64,000 nt of DNA, taken from a virus (taxonomy: Duplodnaviria; Caudoviricetes). This document shows positions 8,007-19,102 of this stretch, piece by piece. Both the position numbers and the translations under genes were made by a program. The notes under the pieces are model-generated. The model was not told the DNA's origin, made no database searches, and was given only the letters and a program-made list of their open reading frames with translations. The number at the start of each line of letters is the position of its first letter. Position 1 is the stretch's first letter. The stretch is from the IMG/VR virus record IMGVR_UViG_3300031993_000006, positions 96,001 through 160,000 of that record; one strand, given 5' to 3'.

Positions 8007-10496
8007 ATGAATAATCTTACATTGAAGAGCTGTGTCTTTAACAACTTCATGTCCTACGGGAACAATGTAAATGAGTTTACATTCCCTCGTGGCGTGATTT
8101 TGATGACTGCGGATAATGGAAGCGGTAAGTCTACAGTTATCGAGGCTATTTCTTATGCCTTGTTTGGTGAATCTTACCGTGGCGGCAACAAGGGAGACCT
8201 TCGTAATACCCGAAATACCGAAGGTACTCTCCGCGTAATGCTGGAATTTGATTGCGAGCGGGTTCCGGGCGAAGTAGAATCTTACCGTGTTACTAGGACT
8301 ATTGCCCCGAAGGGTAGCGGACGGTTTGATGTTGATAAGTTTGAGGGGGAACGGTGGGTTCCCCAGAACAAGCGCGCCGGGTATGCCCAGAGGGATTTCG
8401 AGGAGAATATTCTTGGGTTCAATATGGTATTGTTCAAGAATACCATATCGATGAATACTCAGGAAAGTATCCCGTTCATGGAAATGAAGACGGCGGCCCG
8501 CCGTGAACTTCTTGAATCCATCATTATGTGCAACCACAAGCCTTGGAAGGAAGAGACTACCCGACGGGCATCGGCGGCTGCTATGGCATTCGACTTGGCG
8601 GCGAACGATATCGAGCGCTTCAATGGCGAACGCGGTCGTCTTGTGGATTTGCTCAAGACGATGAAGGAAGAGCAGGTTACTGCTATCGAGAATCTCAAGG
8701 CCGATATTCAGCAAAGAAAGGAATCGCTTGGTACGATTGCCGAGCGGATTCAGACACGCCGAAATGAATGCTCGACAATCGAACAGGGTATCACCGCTAA
8801 GCTGAACGAGATTGCTTCGCTCCGTGCACAACTCGATAATGCAAAGGTAGCTTCCGCTGCCGCCAAGTCAAAGTTTGACTCTGCGAACGCCGAGCTTGTG
8901 CAGAAGGCGACGGTTGTCCAGTCGTATGCTGACGAGTGTAATAAGGAATCCGGAATAGATAAAGAAATCCGGTCTATCCAGAATGCTTGCTCGGAAATCA
9001 ATATCCTTGCACAGTACCAGCAACAGCTGACTGCTGCCGAGGCGAAGTATTCCGAGGTTCTCGCTGAATACGAGAAGCTCGGCGTGGCTTCCCTCAATAT
9101 GACGGTTGCTAATCTCAAGGCCGCTATTGATGGGATGACCAATCAGATTCATTCCCATGAGACTCGCCGTAGTGTTTTGGCCAGTGAAATTAAACGGTGG
9201 GGCGATGAACGCGAGCGAGTTAAGCAGGAAGGTCTGTCTTTGGTACCGGGTAAGCTTTGCCCGACTTGCGGAAAACCGTATACCAAGGAGGACATGGAAC
9301 CTCATAAGGTCGAGTTGCGTCGTCAGTGGAGTGAACTGAACAAAAAGGTTGAGGCTTGCCAGACTGAAGACAAGGACATCGAGTTAAAGATTGCCGACTT
9401 GCTCCTTGAAAGAGCTAGGCAGGACGCCGACCTTGCAAAGGTGAACGAGGCGCTCGACGCTGCCGCTAAGTACAATGAAGCGTATGTTGCCCCGGCAAAG
9501 GCCGCCGTTGATAATTTCAATCAGTCCATCGCCGCATCCGAGAAGAAGATTTCCGATACCGGAATTAACCCGGCCGAGTTCTCTTCCCGTCTCAATACGC
9601 TCAATGCTGAAAAGGCTCGCTTGCAGGAAGTCCGTGCAAAGTGGCAGGCTTCTTCTGCAGACTACCAGACCACATCCCAGGGTGTCGCGGCAATACAGTT
9701 TGAATACAATAACGCTGTAAATGCCGAGACTAATCTTGGTTCCAAGATTGCTTTGGAGGAGAAGTCCGTCGAAAATGACCGTAAGTCGCTTGAGGATAAA
9801 CAACAGCGCATTCAGGATGACGAGCAGGAAATCGTTCGGGTTAACGAAAGTATCGCCAAGGATGAAGCTACGGTTGCCGCCGGTGTGACTAAGGAATCTG
9901 CTGCCGGTATGGCTAAGGTGGAACAGCAGATAAAGGATGTCGATGATAGTATCGCTGACGCTGAACGTCGGAAGCATGAGGCGAGTGACGATAAGCTTGC
10001 CTATGATTATATTGGTAAGGACATGTTTGCTGATGATGGTCTGAAGGAAATGATATTCAGCCAGTTCGTCCCGGAATTTAACAAGAGTGTCGAGATGAAC
10101 ATCCGCAAGATGAACTTGCCGTATACGGTCATCTTCAATACGGATATGTCGTTCCATTACCAGGCTGAACCCGGCTATGCACCGACTTACGATATGCTAT
10201 CCCAGGGTCAGAAGCGCAAGCTTGGATTTGCTATCTTGATGGCATTCCGTGATTTCGTGTCCTTGGTCGGCAACTTCCGTATCAACTTCCTCTCGATGGA
10301 CGAAGTTCTTGATATTTCTACTGACGATGCCGGTATGCGCGATATGCTCGATATCGTTCGCGATATGAATGAGGATATTGGCTGTACTCTTGTGATTACT
10401 CACAGGGGAAGCGTCGTCGCTGACAAGTTCGACTACCGCATAGTAGTGCAGAACGATGGCATGTACTCAACACTAGGAGAATTGGAGAAACTATGA
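8007..10496 (+). CDS. SbcC/Rad50-like recombination ATPase (T4 gp46-like)
   Basis: Walker A NGSGKST, long coiled coil with CPTC zinc hook, LSQGQ signature, Walker B LSMDE, ITH switch. Confidence 0.92.
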   Translation: MNNLTLKSCVFNNFMSYGNNVNEFTFPRGVILMTADNGSGKSTVIEAISYALFGESYRGGNKGDLRNTRNTEGTLRVMLEFDCERVPGEVESYRVTRTIAPKGSGRFDVDKFEGERWVPQNKRAGYAQRDFEENILGFNMVLFKNTISMNTQESIPFMEMKTAARRELLESIIMCNHKPWKEETTRRASAAAMAFDLAANDIERFNGERGRLVDLLKTMKEEQVTAIENLKADIQQRKESLGTIAERIQTRRNECSTIEQGITAKLNEIASLRAQLDNAKVASAAAKSKFDSANAELVQKATVVQSYADECNKESGIDKEIRSIQNACSEINILAQYQQQLTAAEAKYSEVLAEYEKLGVASLNMTVANLKAAIDGMTNQIHSHETRRSVLASEIKRWGDERERVKQEGLSLVPGKLCPTCGKPYTKEDMEPHKVELRRQWSELNKKVEACQTEDKDIELKIADLLLERARQDADLAKVNEALDAAAKYNEAYVAPAKAAVDNFNQSIAASEKKISDTGINPAEFSSRLNTLNAEKARLQEVRAKWQASSADYQTTSQGVAAIQFEYNNAVNAETNLGSKIALEEKSVENDRKSLEDKQQRIQDDEQEIVRVNESIAKDEATVAAGVTKESAAGMAKVEQQIKDVDDSIADAERRKHEASDDKLAYDYIGKDMFADDGLKEMIFSQFVPEFNKSVEMNIRKMNLPYTVIFNTDMSFHYQAEPGYAPTYDMLSQGQKRKLGFAILMAFRDFVSLVGNFRINFLSMDEVLDISTDDAGMRDMLDIVRDMNEDIGCTLVITHRGSVVADKFDYRIVVQNDGMYSTLGELEKL

Positions 10497-11653
10497 GTAT
10501 AAAGCAAGTTATCAATCCGCTGCCGATGGGTGGCATCTATGTGATATATTCTGCCGGCGCTATCTTCGAGAAGCCGGGTGAACGCGGAACGATGCATCTT
10601 ATGGAGCATTTACTTGCTCATCTCTGGGATGACCGCCGGGACCTTTTCATGGAAAAGGCTTTTAGGGCAAACGCCTATACTGCAGATGACCTTCTTGTTT
10701 GCCATCTTACTGGCCCGGCTGATGACCTTGAAAAGTATGCGAAGGAATTCGTGCGCCTTATCACGGGTGGTCACGAACGCATTACCGAACCAATGTTCGA
10801 TAATGAAAAGTCTACAGTACTTAATGAATATAGTGATGTGTTCGCTGACCCGATGCGTGGTGCTTTGCATAACGGATTCCGCAAGGCATACGGCATGTAT
10901 ACCGCTATCGGTGAAAAGAAGGATATCGAAGCCTTTACTTACGACAAATTTGCCGGTTATTACAAGGACCATTTCTCTGTACCTAACCTTGTGGTGTGGG
11001 TTGGTCCGCACGAAATTGACCTCGATGGTATCGTTACCGAAGCTCCGAAGTTCACCGCCGTTAGCGATGCGACTGATTTCGTTGAAAATCGTGATATTCC
11101 TACTGAGCCGGCTCCTATTATTGACAAGGTGATGGTGAACTGCTTCAGCAAGAAGGTGATTGCGAACGAAGACGCCAATGCCATGCTTCTTGCGACGCTG
11201 GCTTTGGGGAAGGGCTTGAATTCTCCGTTGTATCAGGAAATTCGCGAAAAACGCGGTCTTTCATATTACAGCTTTGCTGAATGTGAACGCATCGCGCAGA
11301 AGGCAACTGCATTCTTCTGTTCCGGTACCGATAAGCAGCGTATCGTCAAGAATCCGGATGGAACGGAAACGATAATCGATTGCCCGAAAGAACTTATCGG
11401 CGTCTACCATGATGTGTTCTCTAATATCGATAAGTATCTTACTAAGGAACGCTATGACTTGTCCATCAGTTTCTTGAAGAACCATCAAAAAGAAGAAGAA
11501 GCACTTCGCTTTATGAACTACGAAGACTTCGTTATCGACGAATTCAACTATGCGATTGACCCCCGCAAGGCAATCGAAGTTACCTATGAGCAGGTTCTCG
11601 AGGTCGCTCATAAGTATCTCGACGATGAAAACATGTTCTTCTATGTAGTGTAG
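10493..11653 (+). CDS. M16 family zinc peptidase
   Basis: Inverted zincin HLMEH, NAYT, and SPLYQEIREKRGLSY; ATGA overlap with the previous gene. Confidence 0.9.
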   Translation: MSIKQVINPLPMGGIYVIYSAGAIFEKPGERGTMHLMEHLLAHLWDDRRDLFMEKAFRANAYTADDLLVCHLTGPADDLEKYAKEFVRLITGGHERITEPMFDNEKSTVLNEYSDVFADPMRGALHNGFRKAYGMYTAIGEKKDIEAFTYDKFAGYYKDHFSVPNLVVWVGPHEIDLDGIVTEAPKFTAVSDATDFVENRDIPTEPAPIIDKVMVNCFSKKVIANEDANAMLLATLALGKGLNSPLYQEIREKRGLSYYSFAECERIAQKATAFFCSGTDKQRIVKNPDGTETIIDCPKELIGVYHDVFSNIDKYLTKERYDLSISFLKNHQKEEEALRFMNYEDFVIDEFNYAIDPRKAIEVTYEQVLEVAHKYLDDENMFFYVV

Positions 11654-11682
11654 TCTTTGCGGAAAGTTGGACCTGTGGAAGG

Positions 11683-11716
11683 GGCGGCTGGTGCAGCGAT
11701 GCGCCGGCCGTTTTTC
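11683..11716 (+). terminator. intrinsic terminator
   Basis: CGGCTGGTGCA..TGCGCCGGCCG stem plus TTTTT. Confidence 0.7.
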
Positions 11717-11776
11717 GTTGTTGGAAGTAGTTTCATAGGGTGCCGCTACATAAACTACCGAATTGCGAGGTGCTAT

Positions 11777-14700
11777 ATGGCCGAAGGATATGATTTCGAG
11801 AAATATTATGTGAACGAGAAGGTGAAGACCGAGGCGGCTATCAACCGTACCGGGGTAATCCTGCAGAATACTACCGAGCCTTCGGAAATTGCGACGAACA
11901 ATGTCGTTTACTATGTAGCCTCCCTCTATGTGAAGAATGTTGGAAGTTCGGAATTTATTCAGCTGACCGGCGAAAACTGGCGGATATGCATTATTGAGGA
12001 CCCGACTAAAGACGAATCCGAGCGCAGCTATTACTATCTCCGCCCGTGGCATCGGTTGGGGGAGGTAGCTAGCCTTGGAATTTCGGATACTTGGGACCCC
12101 AAGGGTTCGCGGGATGCGGTCTTTGAGTCTAACGATGCCGATACAGATTACCAGTATGCCGCCATAAATGATGCGGTTGGCGGAAATCCGGTACCGGTTA
12201 CCGCTTTCCGGGCAGTATTGTATCCTCGTTATGAAACCGAGGTAAACGAGGCAGAAACCGAGCAGTCCTTTATGTCTACCGGAGTGTCTACTAAGCCGAT
12301 AAATCAGGATGTCGTCCAGAATCCCAAGCTGATGCGGCTTATGTACGGGGCGCTCGGCCTACAGGGTGGTCGCTGGAAGGGTCTCCGTTGGCTCGAACGG
12401 ATATGGGATAAAAATGGCGGAATGACGGACAATGCGGTCATACCGTATGACCGGTTTGTCAAGTGCATGAATTACCTTGCCGATGTCTGTAAGGAGAATG
12501 ATGTCGGGTTCAGTGTTATCTATTATGACCAGACATTTGCCAAGGAAGTTACCGTAGAGGATGCTACCCGTGAGGAATACCGGGCTAATCGGGCCCGCGC
12601 TCGAGCCAAGCATAATAACTATAGAATTGCATTGGCAAATGCCGATATTACCCGCACTGATTTACCTACCCGGATGAGTTTTAACGAGGCGTATGGGAGT
12701 GGACTATCTAAGTTTCTTACCAAGATGAAGAATGAAGGGTACTTTGAACCTACAGGTAGTGCATTCGGTAATGCTACGGCACTGTTGCCTCCGGTGAAGA
12801 CTGCCGTGCAGGCATTCTTCTATGACCGGGAAGAACTCGAGACGAATTTCTCTTCCTTGTTCCGTACGGTGATGGAAGGGGTTACCAATATCCCCTATGT
12901 CTGGAGATTTGTTGATAAGGATATCAAGACGGCGATTGACAATGCAAAGAACAGGTATCAGGAAACACCGAAATCGTCCGGACGGATGCTGTTCGACTTG
13001 GATATTGCAGTTGCCCGTTTGACGAATACGCCCGAAGCCGATAAAGTGCCTTATGCAATTCCACGAGCGATTCAGGAAACCGGCAATGGCGATTCGGGCT
13101 ATAGCTTAATTGTCGGCATCCCGGGTGAAAGCTCTACCATGCTGACGGCTTGGTCTTCCGATGCGGGACACGATATCTATACCGGCTATAAGAATGGTAA
13201 CAATTCAAGGGAAAACTTGCGCAGAAAGAACTTTGTCACTACGAGCGCATCCGAAGTGGTGGATTACCTGGTAAATTCCTTTAACGACCAGGTAGATGCC
13301 GGGGCGATAACGGCACCTAAAGTCGACAAGATTTCCGCTGTCGATGGAAAAGTTACTATTCCTCAGGAGTTGCAGACTACCAATCCAATATTCTATAGCT
13401 GGGCTGCTTATACTGCTGCGTTCATGAATATCATACGATACTACGGTAATAATGGCGAGCAAATTGACGCTACAACCCTATTTGCAAATTGTTTTACTTC
13501 CAATGGTATATTCGGAACGAGTAATAATAGCGACTGGTCAAGCCGCTGGTTGGCGGTATCCCTTGGTATCATACCGGAGGCTGTAACTGAATTTAGCGGG
13601 GAGTATGACATTATCTCTTGGGAAAACGGGGTGGTTACCGGTAGCAAGGCATACAGCGATATGTTCGAGCCGCAACTGGCTGATATGTGGCGGGACATAA
13701 CCACATTGCCCTATGAAAGTTTCGGGATGGTGATGGATGCGGTGTCCGCAATGCGCCGTGCGTACAAGCAGATGAATCGCGCGGTAGCTACACGGATTCT
13801 GCAGATTGGGCCTGCGCGGGCGTTCAAGGCGGCCATGAAGCTGGATGACCTGTCCGATGATTTCAACGAGTTCGCCGATGTATGCGATAAGCTTGTTTGG
13901 TATCAGCGGCTGGTCGAGGAATCGCCGTTCACTAATAAGTCTACAATTCCTGTGGGGAATAACCCGACACTCACTTCTTCGTTCCCGGCGCACTTCATGT
14001 TCCCCGTACATATGTATAAGCGTGTGCGCGTGAAGTATAAGAATTTCTGGGGACGCACCCGTCACCGTATGCAGAAGCGGTCGATTGGTGTCAGGTGGGC
14101 TGAAGTGACCTTTACCGATGCATCGGTATTCAATGAATATCCGGTGATTAACGATTTCCACGGTGAATCGGTGGGGTATTCCGGTAGTTACAGTATCGAC
14201 GGGCAGAATATTTTACTGGATGAGCCATTGCCGTCGAAGGTGGTTGATGCAGGCGAGGGAATGGTGCAGTTTGCCTCGTGCAAGGTGCATGTCACAGTAA
14301 AGAATGATGTTCTGCTTGAGATGGACGAGGGCGCCGTTATCGCGGATATTCCGGGTGCAATCCAGTCCATCAAGATTCCTCTTCCTCCGTCACAGCCGGA
14401 TGGTTCTCGGGAATCGGTCGAGATTCAGTACAAGATGCCGGGTCTCCCATATGATTCCGAAATACGCAAGCGCGCTTTTGTCGAGTACGGTTCGCTGAGT
14501 CAGGCATCGTACTTCGAGGCGGTGCGAAATACCGGTTCGGATGATGAGAAGCACGAAGGGTGGAAGATTTTTTACCCGTCTTCTGCAGAAATTTCTGCAA
14601 TGCGCAACGGCATCGGGGTCCACGACAAGGTGGCAATGCTGTTGTCTATCCTGAAACACGAGTTTGGTGATAGCCGGGTCCAACTGACCGAAACCCGTCG

Positions 14701-16219
14701 TTCTATGGAAGACCAGGAGAACATGTGTACCGGTGGCCCGGAAAGCGCGTTCCTATCTTGGCACAACTATGGACTTGCCGCGCAGATTCTTATCCTCAAG
14801 TCGGACGGGAAGACTCCGCTCGAAAAGGATGATGAGGAAGTGAAGCGACTGTCTCAGGTTGCCCGGGCGTTTACCGAGGGTTGCCTTGATGGTAAGTTCG
14901 GGCCTCCGTGCAATGTGGTATGGTGTGCCCGTCTTGCCGTGGGACCGTCATTGTTCGACTGGGAGTTTCTCCCGATTGGAGTTGGCCACAAGGATGCCCC
15001 GAAGTTCCGCAATATTCTCATTTCGCAGTCCGACCCGGTACATGAACTGGGATATGTCGACGTGGATGGAGGAAATCTTGTAAAGAACACGGTTCCGTCC
15101 GGTAATGTCCCGTATGTTCTTGCTTCGTCTCCCGCGTTGGCTTCGGCGGAGAAGCACGGTGGGCACCGGTTCATGAATCCGAGGAATATCAGGAATTTCG
15201 AGCATATCGAGGATATCGTACTTTATGACGCTCGTGAATATGTCGACCTAATCAAGCTCAAGATGAACGCTAACGGTACTGCCCGACCGGAATCCGGAAG
15301 TATTTACGATTGGAAGGCGCTTAATCCGGTGGCGTGTGAACAGCTTATCCGTTATTACGCGATGGTCGGGAGTATTTCTGCATCGAAGGCTCTGCTTGCT
15401 GGCGATTTCGTCGAGCGTTACCTCCCGATAGAGGAACAGTACTACAATTCTAGCCCTGTTGATTATGTCAAGGGTATGCTTGGCGAGAATTATGCCGATG
15501 CCCGTATCTGTACTTCACGGGATGGACGGTCTTCATACATTACTTTGAGCGACGGCATTCTGCATGTGAAGTCCTTGGATGCATATCCGAACAATGCGCC
15601 AACTCGTCTGGATATTCACAAGCAGCAGAAGGTGGATGCATCCCATGTCACTTGGGGTATATGGGAAGACGGCGTGTTTTATTCGGAAGAAGAACTTGCT
15701 GAGATGGGTAGGGAAATCCCGTATATCGATTCCGAAGTGCCGGTAATTGCCGGATATGTCAACGGCGAGGCTACTGAGGGTGAGGCCGTGTACTTGCATC
15801 AGGTGGTCGCCGCGAAGATACATAAGCGCTTTGGTGAAATCCGTAAGCTATTCGAGGACTTCGGTGGTGCTCTTATGTACGACCGGGTTGAGGACGGGCC
15901 GAATGCGTCTATGGCCGATATGCTGGAAAACGAGTTCGGGCTGATTGCCGCTCAGGACCTCCTCCCGTTCGACGACCTCGACACTATGCTTGACGGGATA
16001 TTGAGGGATGCCGGAAAGACTACGGGTGTTCTTGGGGAGACCGGGACCATTTACGAAAAGGTCGTGGACAATGCCCAGATATCGGGTTTCCGCTATGCTT
16101 CCCTTAAGAAGGAACATCTGCATATCAGGGATTTGCCGACGGCGAACGACGGGAAGACACTGTATGACCTGATTCAGAAGGGTCACGGGTATACAGCGAA
16201 CGACATCGTATCTCGATAA
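11777..16219 (+). CDS. large virion protein with an M15-like peptidase domain
   Basis: ATG 11777 follows ATAAACT (11750-11756) and GAGG. ETRRSMEDQ..SWHNYGLAAQ resembles M15C L-Ala-D-Glu peptidases. Confidence 0.6.
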   Translation: MAEGYDFEKYYVNEKVKTEAAINRTGVILQNTTEPSEIATNNVVYYVASLYVKNVGSSEFIQLTGENWRICIIEDPTKDESERSYYYLRPWHRLGEVASLGISDTWDPKGSRDAVFESNDADTDYQYAAINDAVGGNPVPVTAFRAVLYPRYETEVNEAETEQSFMSTGVSTKPINQDVVQNPKLMRLMYGALGLQGGRWKGLRWLERIWDKNGGMTDNAVIPYDRFVKCMNYLADVCKENDVGFSVIYYDQTFAKEVTVEDATREEYRANRARARAKHNNYRIALANADITRTDLPTRMSFNEAYGSGLSKFLTKMKNEGYFEPTGSAFGNATALLPPVKTAVQAFFYDREELETNFSSLFRTVMEGVTNIPYVWRFVDKDIKTAIDNAKNRYQETPKSSGRMLFDLDIAVARLTNTPEADKVPYAIPRAIQETGNGDSGYSLIVGIPGESSTMLTAWSSDAGHDIYTGYKNGNNSRENLRRKNFVTTSASEVVDYLVNSFNDQVDAGAITAPKVDKISAVDGKVTIPQELQTTNPIFYSWAAYTAAFMNIIRYYGNNGEQIDATTLFANCFTSNGIFGTSNNSDWSSRWLAVSLGIIPEAVTEFSGEYDIISWENGVVTGSKAYSDMFEPQLADMWRDITTLPYESFGMVMDAVSAMRRAYKQMNRAVATRILQIGPARAFKAAMKLDDLSDDFNEFADVCDKLVWYQRLVEESPFTNKSTIPVGNNPTLTSSFPAHFMFPVHMYKRVRVKYKNFWGRTRHRMQKRSIGVRWAEVTFTDASVFNEYPVINDFHGESVGYSGSYSIDGQNILLDEPLPSKVVDAGEGMVQFASCKVHVTVKNDVLLEMDEGAVIADIPGAIQSIKIPLPPSQPDGSRESVEIQYKMPGLPYDSEIRKRAFVEYGSLSQASYFEAVRNTGSDDEKHEGWKIFYPSSAEISAMRNGIGVHDKVAMLLSILKHEFGDSRVQLTETRRSMEDQENMCTGGPESAFLSWHNYGLAAQILILKSDGKTPLEKDDEEVKRLSQVARAFTEGCLDGKFGPPCNVVWCARLAVGPSLFDWEFLPIGVGHKDAPKFRNILISQSDPVHELGYVDVDGGNLVKNTVPSGNVPYVLASSPALASAEKHGGHRFMNPRNIRNFEHIEDIVLYDAREYVDLIKLKMNANGTARPESGSIYDWKALNPVACEQLIRYYAMVGSISASKALLAGDFVERYLPIEEQYYNSSPVDYVKGMLGENYADARICTSRDGRSSYITLSDGILHVKSLDAYPNNAPTRLDIHKQQKVDASHVTWGIWEDGVFYSEEELAEMGREIPYIDSEVPVIAGYVNGEATEGEAVYLHQVVAAKIHKRFGEIRKLFEDFGGALMYDRVEDGPNASMADMLENEFGLIAAQDLLPFDDLDTMLDGILRDAGKTTGVLGETGTIYEKVVDNAQISGFRYASLKKEHLHIRDLPTANDGKTLYDLIQKGHGYTANDIVSR

Positions 16220-16249
16220 ACTATCGAAAAATGAGTTTAGGAGGCTGTG

Positions 16250-17785
16250 ATGTCCGCCCAGGTCATATTGAAGAAATACACCGGGCTCGATGGCGAGTTC
16301 GGTACCGTAGTGAAGAGCCTTGGTATCAAGAGGGTGGATACCGCTGTACCTTCCGTCTATAGTTCCAATAATTTGGGTGGACGCCCGATACCTTCCGATG
16401 ATGCGAGCGAGGCGAAGTATTACTCCATCTACCGCCCGGATGAACCGGATTGCTGGAACTACTCGATGGAGTGCGTGTTCAAGGTGCACTTGATTAAGGC
16501 GCCCGATATCCAGCTCAGTAACCTATGCATCTATCCAATCGGGGAACCTCCGAAGGACCGTTCCAAGGCGCCGCGACTGATGGTCGGCAACTCGATTTCC
16601 TATTCTAAGCCGACGAACGCGAAGAGTCTGAAGGCTGTTCATGACATTTGGGATTACAGTAAGGAACACCCGTTCTATCTTACGGTCAATGGCCTCTATG
16701 GTCAGGTCGTGAATCCGGCCGAGGGAAAGACTGAGTACACCGTTGAGTACAAGGACTGCGGGTACGGTAATGTCGTCTATCTGGATGGAGAACGCCAGCC
16801 GTCCGTTCCTGTTGCAGTCAGGAGCGATGCTTCTGATATCACCATCCGGTTCAAGGACCGTACATTCGCCGCAAAGACGGACGACCCGAAGCGTCGCCTG
16901 CTTGATTTTGTCGACCCGATTACTGGTAAGCTGATTGACTCCAAGTATACCCGGGTGATTCGTCAGGCCGACGCGCACGGCGATGGCGGTGCGATTGAGT
17001 TGCTCGTGAAGACTTCCGAGTGGAACCTTATGGAGATATTCCCGGGTGGTCTAATCTACAAGATTCAGGCGGACCAGGAATATGACTACGAGGGAAGCGG
17101 CTATATGGTCTACTGGCTGAATCTCTATGGGCAGAAGGCCGGGTGGAACGCTGTGTGCGATACCACGATGGCGACTGATGTCAGCTATGTTCCGAACCGT
17201 TGGTTTAAGAGCGTATATGATGCGACCGATGGCACGGTAGCCGAAGTTCCGGCAAGCCGTCCGTTCGACAAGGCGGCCGTTTATTCGACCGTCGAGGTGA
17301 AGTGTGGCGAAGATGGGATGCCGTGCTTCTATATCAATGGCGTCCGGCGTCCGACCCTTATGTTCGACCTGAACAAGGTGTACCATTTCATTAACAAGGA
17401 TGGTGACCGCTATCCGTTGCGCTTCATTGGAAATCGGTATGCTCCGCTCGCTAACAATGTCGACGATGTTATCACGGATGGCGTCGTGGTGCTACACGGC
17501 GGGACTGCTCTCGAGGAAATCTTCGTGAACCCGGAACTCGTGCTTAAGTCGGGCCGGTGCATCGGTGCATATCAGTGTGTCTGCCATCCGGGTTTGGGCA
17601 ATGTCGTCTACGAGCACCCGTTGGATATGTGCGGTAACTACAATATGTGCCGTGTTGGTGGCGGTATTTATAATCCGTTGCTTGCCGGCGAGAGTGACTA
17701 TGTGTATTTGCAGATGCAGGTAAGTGGGCTTTGTGAGCCTGGTTCGGCGGCTCCGGCTTTTGAAATTGGATATGATGAGACATAA
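16250..17785 (+). CDS. putative virion structural protein with cupredoxin-like C-terminal motif
   Basis: Late promoter 16216-16222, SD AGGAGG; YINGVRRPTLMF..YHF..YQCVCHPGLG. Confidence 0.55.
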   Translation: MSAQVILKKYTGLDGEFGTVVKSLGIKRVDTAVPSVYSSNNLGGRPIPSDDASEAKYYSIYRPDEPDCWNYSMECVFKVHLIKAPDIQLSNLCIYPIGEPPKDRSKAPRLMVGNSISYSKPTNAKSLKAVHDIWDYSKEHPFYLTVNGLYGQVVNPAEGKTEYTVEYKDCGYGNVVYLDGERQPSVPVAVRSDASDITIRFKDRTFAAKTDDPKRRLLDFVDPITGKLIDSKYTRVIRQADAHGDGGAIELLVKTSEWNLMEIFPGGLIYKIQADQEYDYEGSGYMVYWLNLYGQKAGWNAVCDTTMATDVSYVPNRWFKSVYDATDGTVAEVPASRPFDKAAVYSTVEVKCGEDGMPCFYINGVRRPTLMFDLNKVYHFINKDGDRYPLRFIGNRYAPLANNVDDVITDGVVVLHGGTALEEIFVNPELVLKSGRCIGAYQCVCHPGLGNVVYEHPLDMCGNYNMCRVGGGIYNPLLAGESDYVYLQMQVSGLCEPGSAAPAFEIGYDET

Positions 17786-17812
17786 TTTCCGAGAAAAAAC
17801 TCGGACGGCTAT

Positions 17813-19077
17813 GTGAACTACGCACAGCATGAAGGCTGCGCGCTTCGCGATAGCCCCGTAGGGGCGCCCGCGCCTTGGACCGCCGTTCCGGCGGCGAGAA
17901 TTCTTTTACCTTCGGCAAGAATGTTGATGGCGGCGTTGAAGTCCCTGTCGTGGGAAGTGCCGCATTGCGGGCACTTCCACTCCCGGACATTCAAGTCTTT
18001 AACAACTTCATTCCTGAAGCCGCAGTAGTGGCAGATTTGCGAGGAAGGGAACCATCGTCCGACACAGACGATGGTCCTTCCATACCATTCAGCCTTGTAT
18101 TTCAGCATATTCAGGAATATTCCCCATCCGGTGTCGTGCTCGGACTTGGCAAGGTCGCCTTCGGCGACCTGCCTTACATCCAGGTCTTCGACTGCAATCG
18201 TTTGGTTCTCGCGAATGAGTCGGGTTGATAGCTTGTGGAGGAAATCCTTGCGTTGGCTAGCAATGTGCTCGTGAAGGCGGGCGATGCGCTTGCGCAGCGC
18301 CTCGCGACGGGCAGACTTGCTCTTTTTCTTTGAAAACGCTTTCTGGAGGACCGCTAGGCGGTACTCGGCAAGTTTCATATAGCGCGGGTTGGCGACGGCC
18401 TCGCCGTCGCTCGTCACGCAGAAGTCCTTGAATCCGAGGTCGATACCTATGGCATAATCGGATTTTGGGAGCGCCTTCGGCGCTTCCTCCTCGACCAGTA
18501 TCGAGGCGTAGAACTTTCCGGAACGCGACCGGCTTACGGTCGCGTGCTTGATATCCTTCTCGCTCCAGTCGATATCCTTATAGTTCTTGAACTTGACGAA
18601 GCCGATTTTCGGCAGGCGCAGCCTGCCGTTCTCGATTCGGATATTTTCCTTTGTTCGATAAGTGGTATAGGAATCGCGGTCGTGATGTTTGGCTTTAAAC
18701 TTCGGAAGGCCGACACCATCGGCCTTCCTCTCGAAGAAGTTCTTGAACGCAGCGTTCAGGTTGAGGACTTCGCCCGTTAGGGCGTTGCTATCGACTTCCT
18801 TCAAGAACGGAAACTTGGCATAGTAGTCGGTAGGTTTCGTCCGGCACTGTGTGCCGGTAGCCTCATACGACTTCAAACGGGCGTCCAGCATGCAGTTGTA
18901 CACCTTGCGGCAGCAGCCGAAGGTCTTGCCTAGCAAGACCGCCTGCTGCCGGCTTGGATATAGCCGAATGTTGTATGCCCGTTGAAACATGTCTTAAATA
19001 TATACTATTCTAGCTGTTTATGGGAGTGGTTTTTTATCTAACTGCCTTAAGGCGATGAGAATTCTTGTGGCTATTAT
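17813..19077 (-). mobile_element. IS200/IS605-family element carrying only tnpB (IS1341-like)
   Basis: RE ends GCGTAGTTCAC at 17813; LE hairpin at 19039-19059; preceded on the minus strand by TTTAT (19082-19078); no tnpA. Confidence 0.85.
17818..18990 (-). CDS. tnpB: RNA-guided endonuclease TnpB
   Basis: N-terminal RAYNIRLYP, RuvC residues GIDLG / AVEDL / DRDFNAA intact, zinc finger CHYCG..CPQCG. Confidence 0.95.
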   Translation of the reverse strand: MFQRAYNIRLYPSRQQAVLLGKTFGCCRKVYNCMLDARLKSYEATGTQCRTKPTDYYAKFPFLKEVDSNALTGEVLNLNAAFKNFFERKADGVGLPKFKAKHHDRDSYTTYRTKENIRIENGRLRLPKIGFVKFKNYKDIDWSEKDIKHATVSRSRSGKFYASILVEEEAPKALPKSDYAIGIDLGFKDFCVTSDGEAVANPRYMKLAEYRLAVLQKAFSKKKSKSARREALRKRIARLHEHIASQRKDFLHKLSTRLIRENQTIAVEDLDVRQVAEGDLAKSEHDTGWGIFLNMLKYKAEWYGRTIVCVGRWFPSSQICHYCGFRNEVVKDLNVREWKCPQCGTSHDRDFNAAINILAEGKRILAAGTAVQGAGAPTGLSRSAQPSCCA

Positions 19078-19084
19078 ATAAACT
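19078..19084 (+). promoter_or_regulatory. putative late promoter ATAAACT (its reverse complement supplies the putative TAM TTTAT)
   Basis: Same motif as before other structural genes; abuts the IS left end. Confidence 0.75.
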
Positions 19085-19102
19085 TGCTTTCAAATCACCC
19101 CG

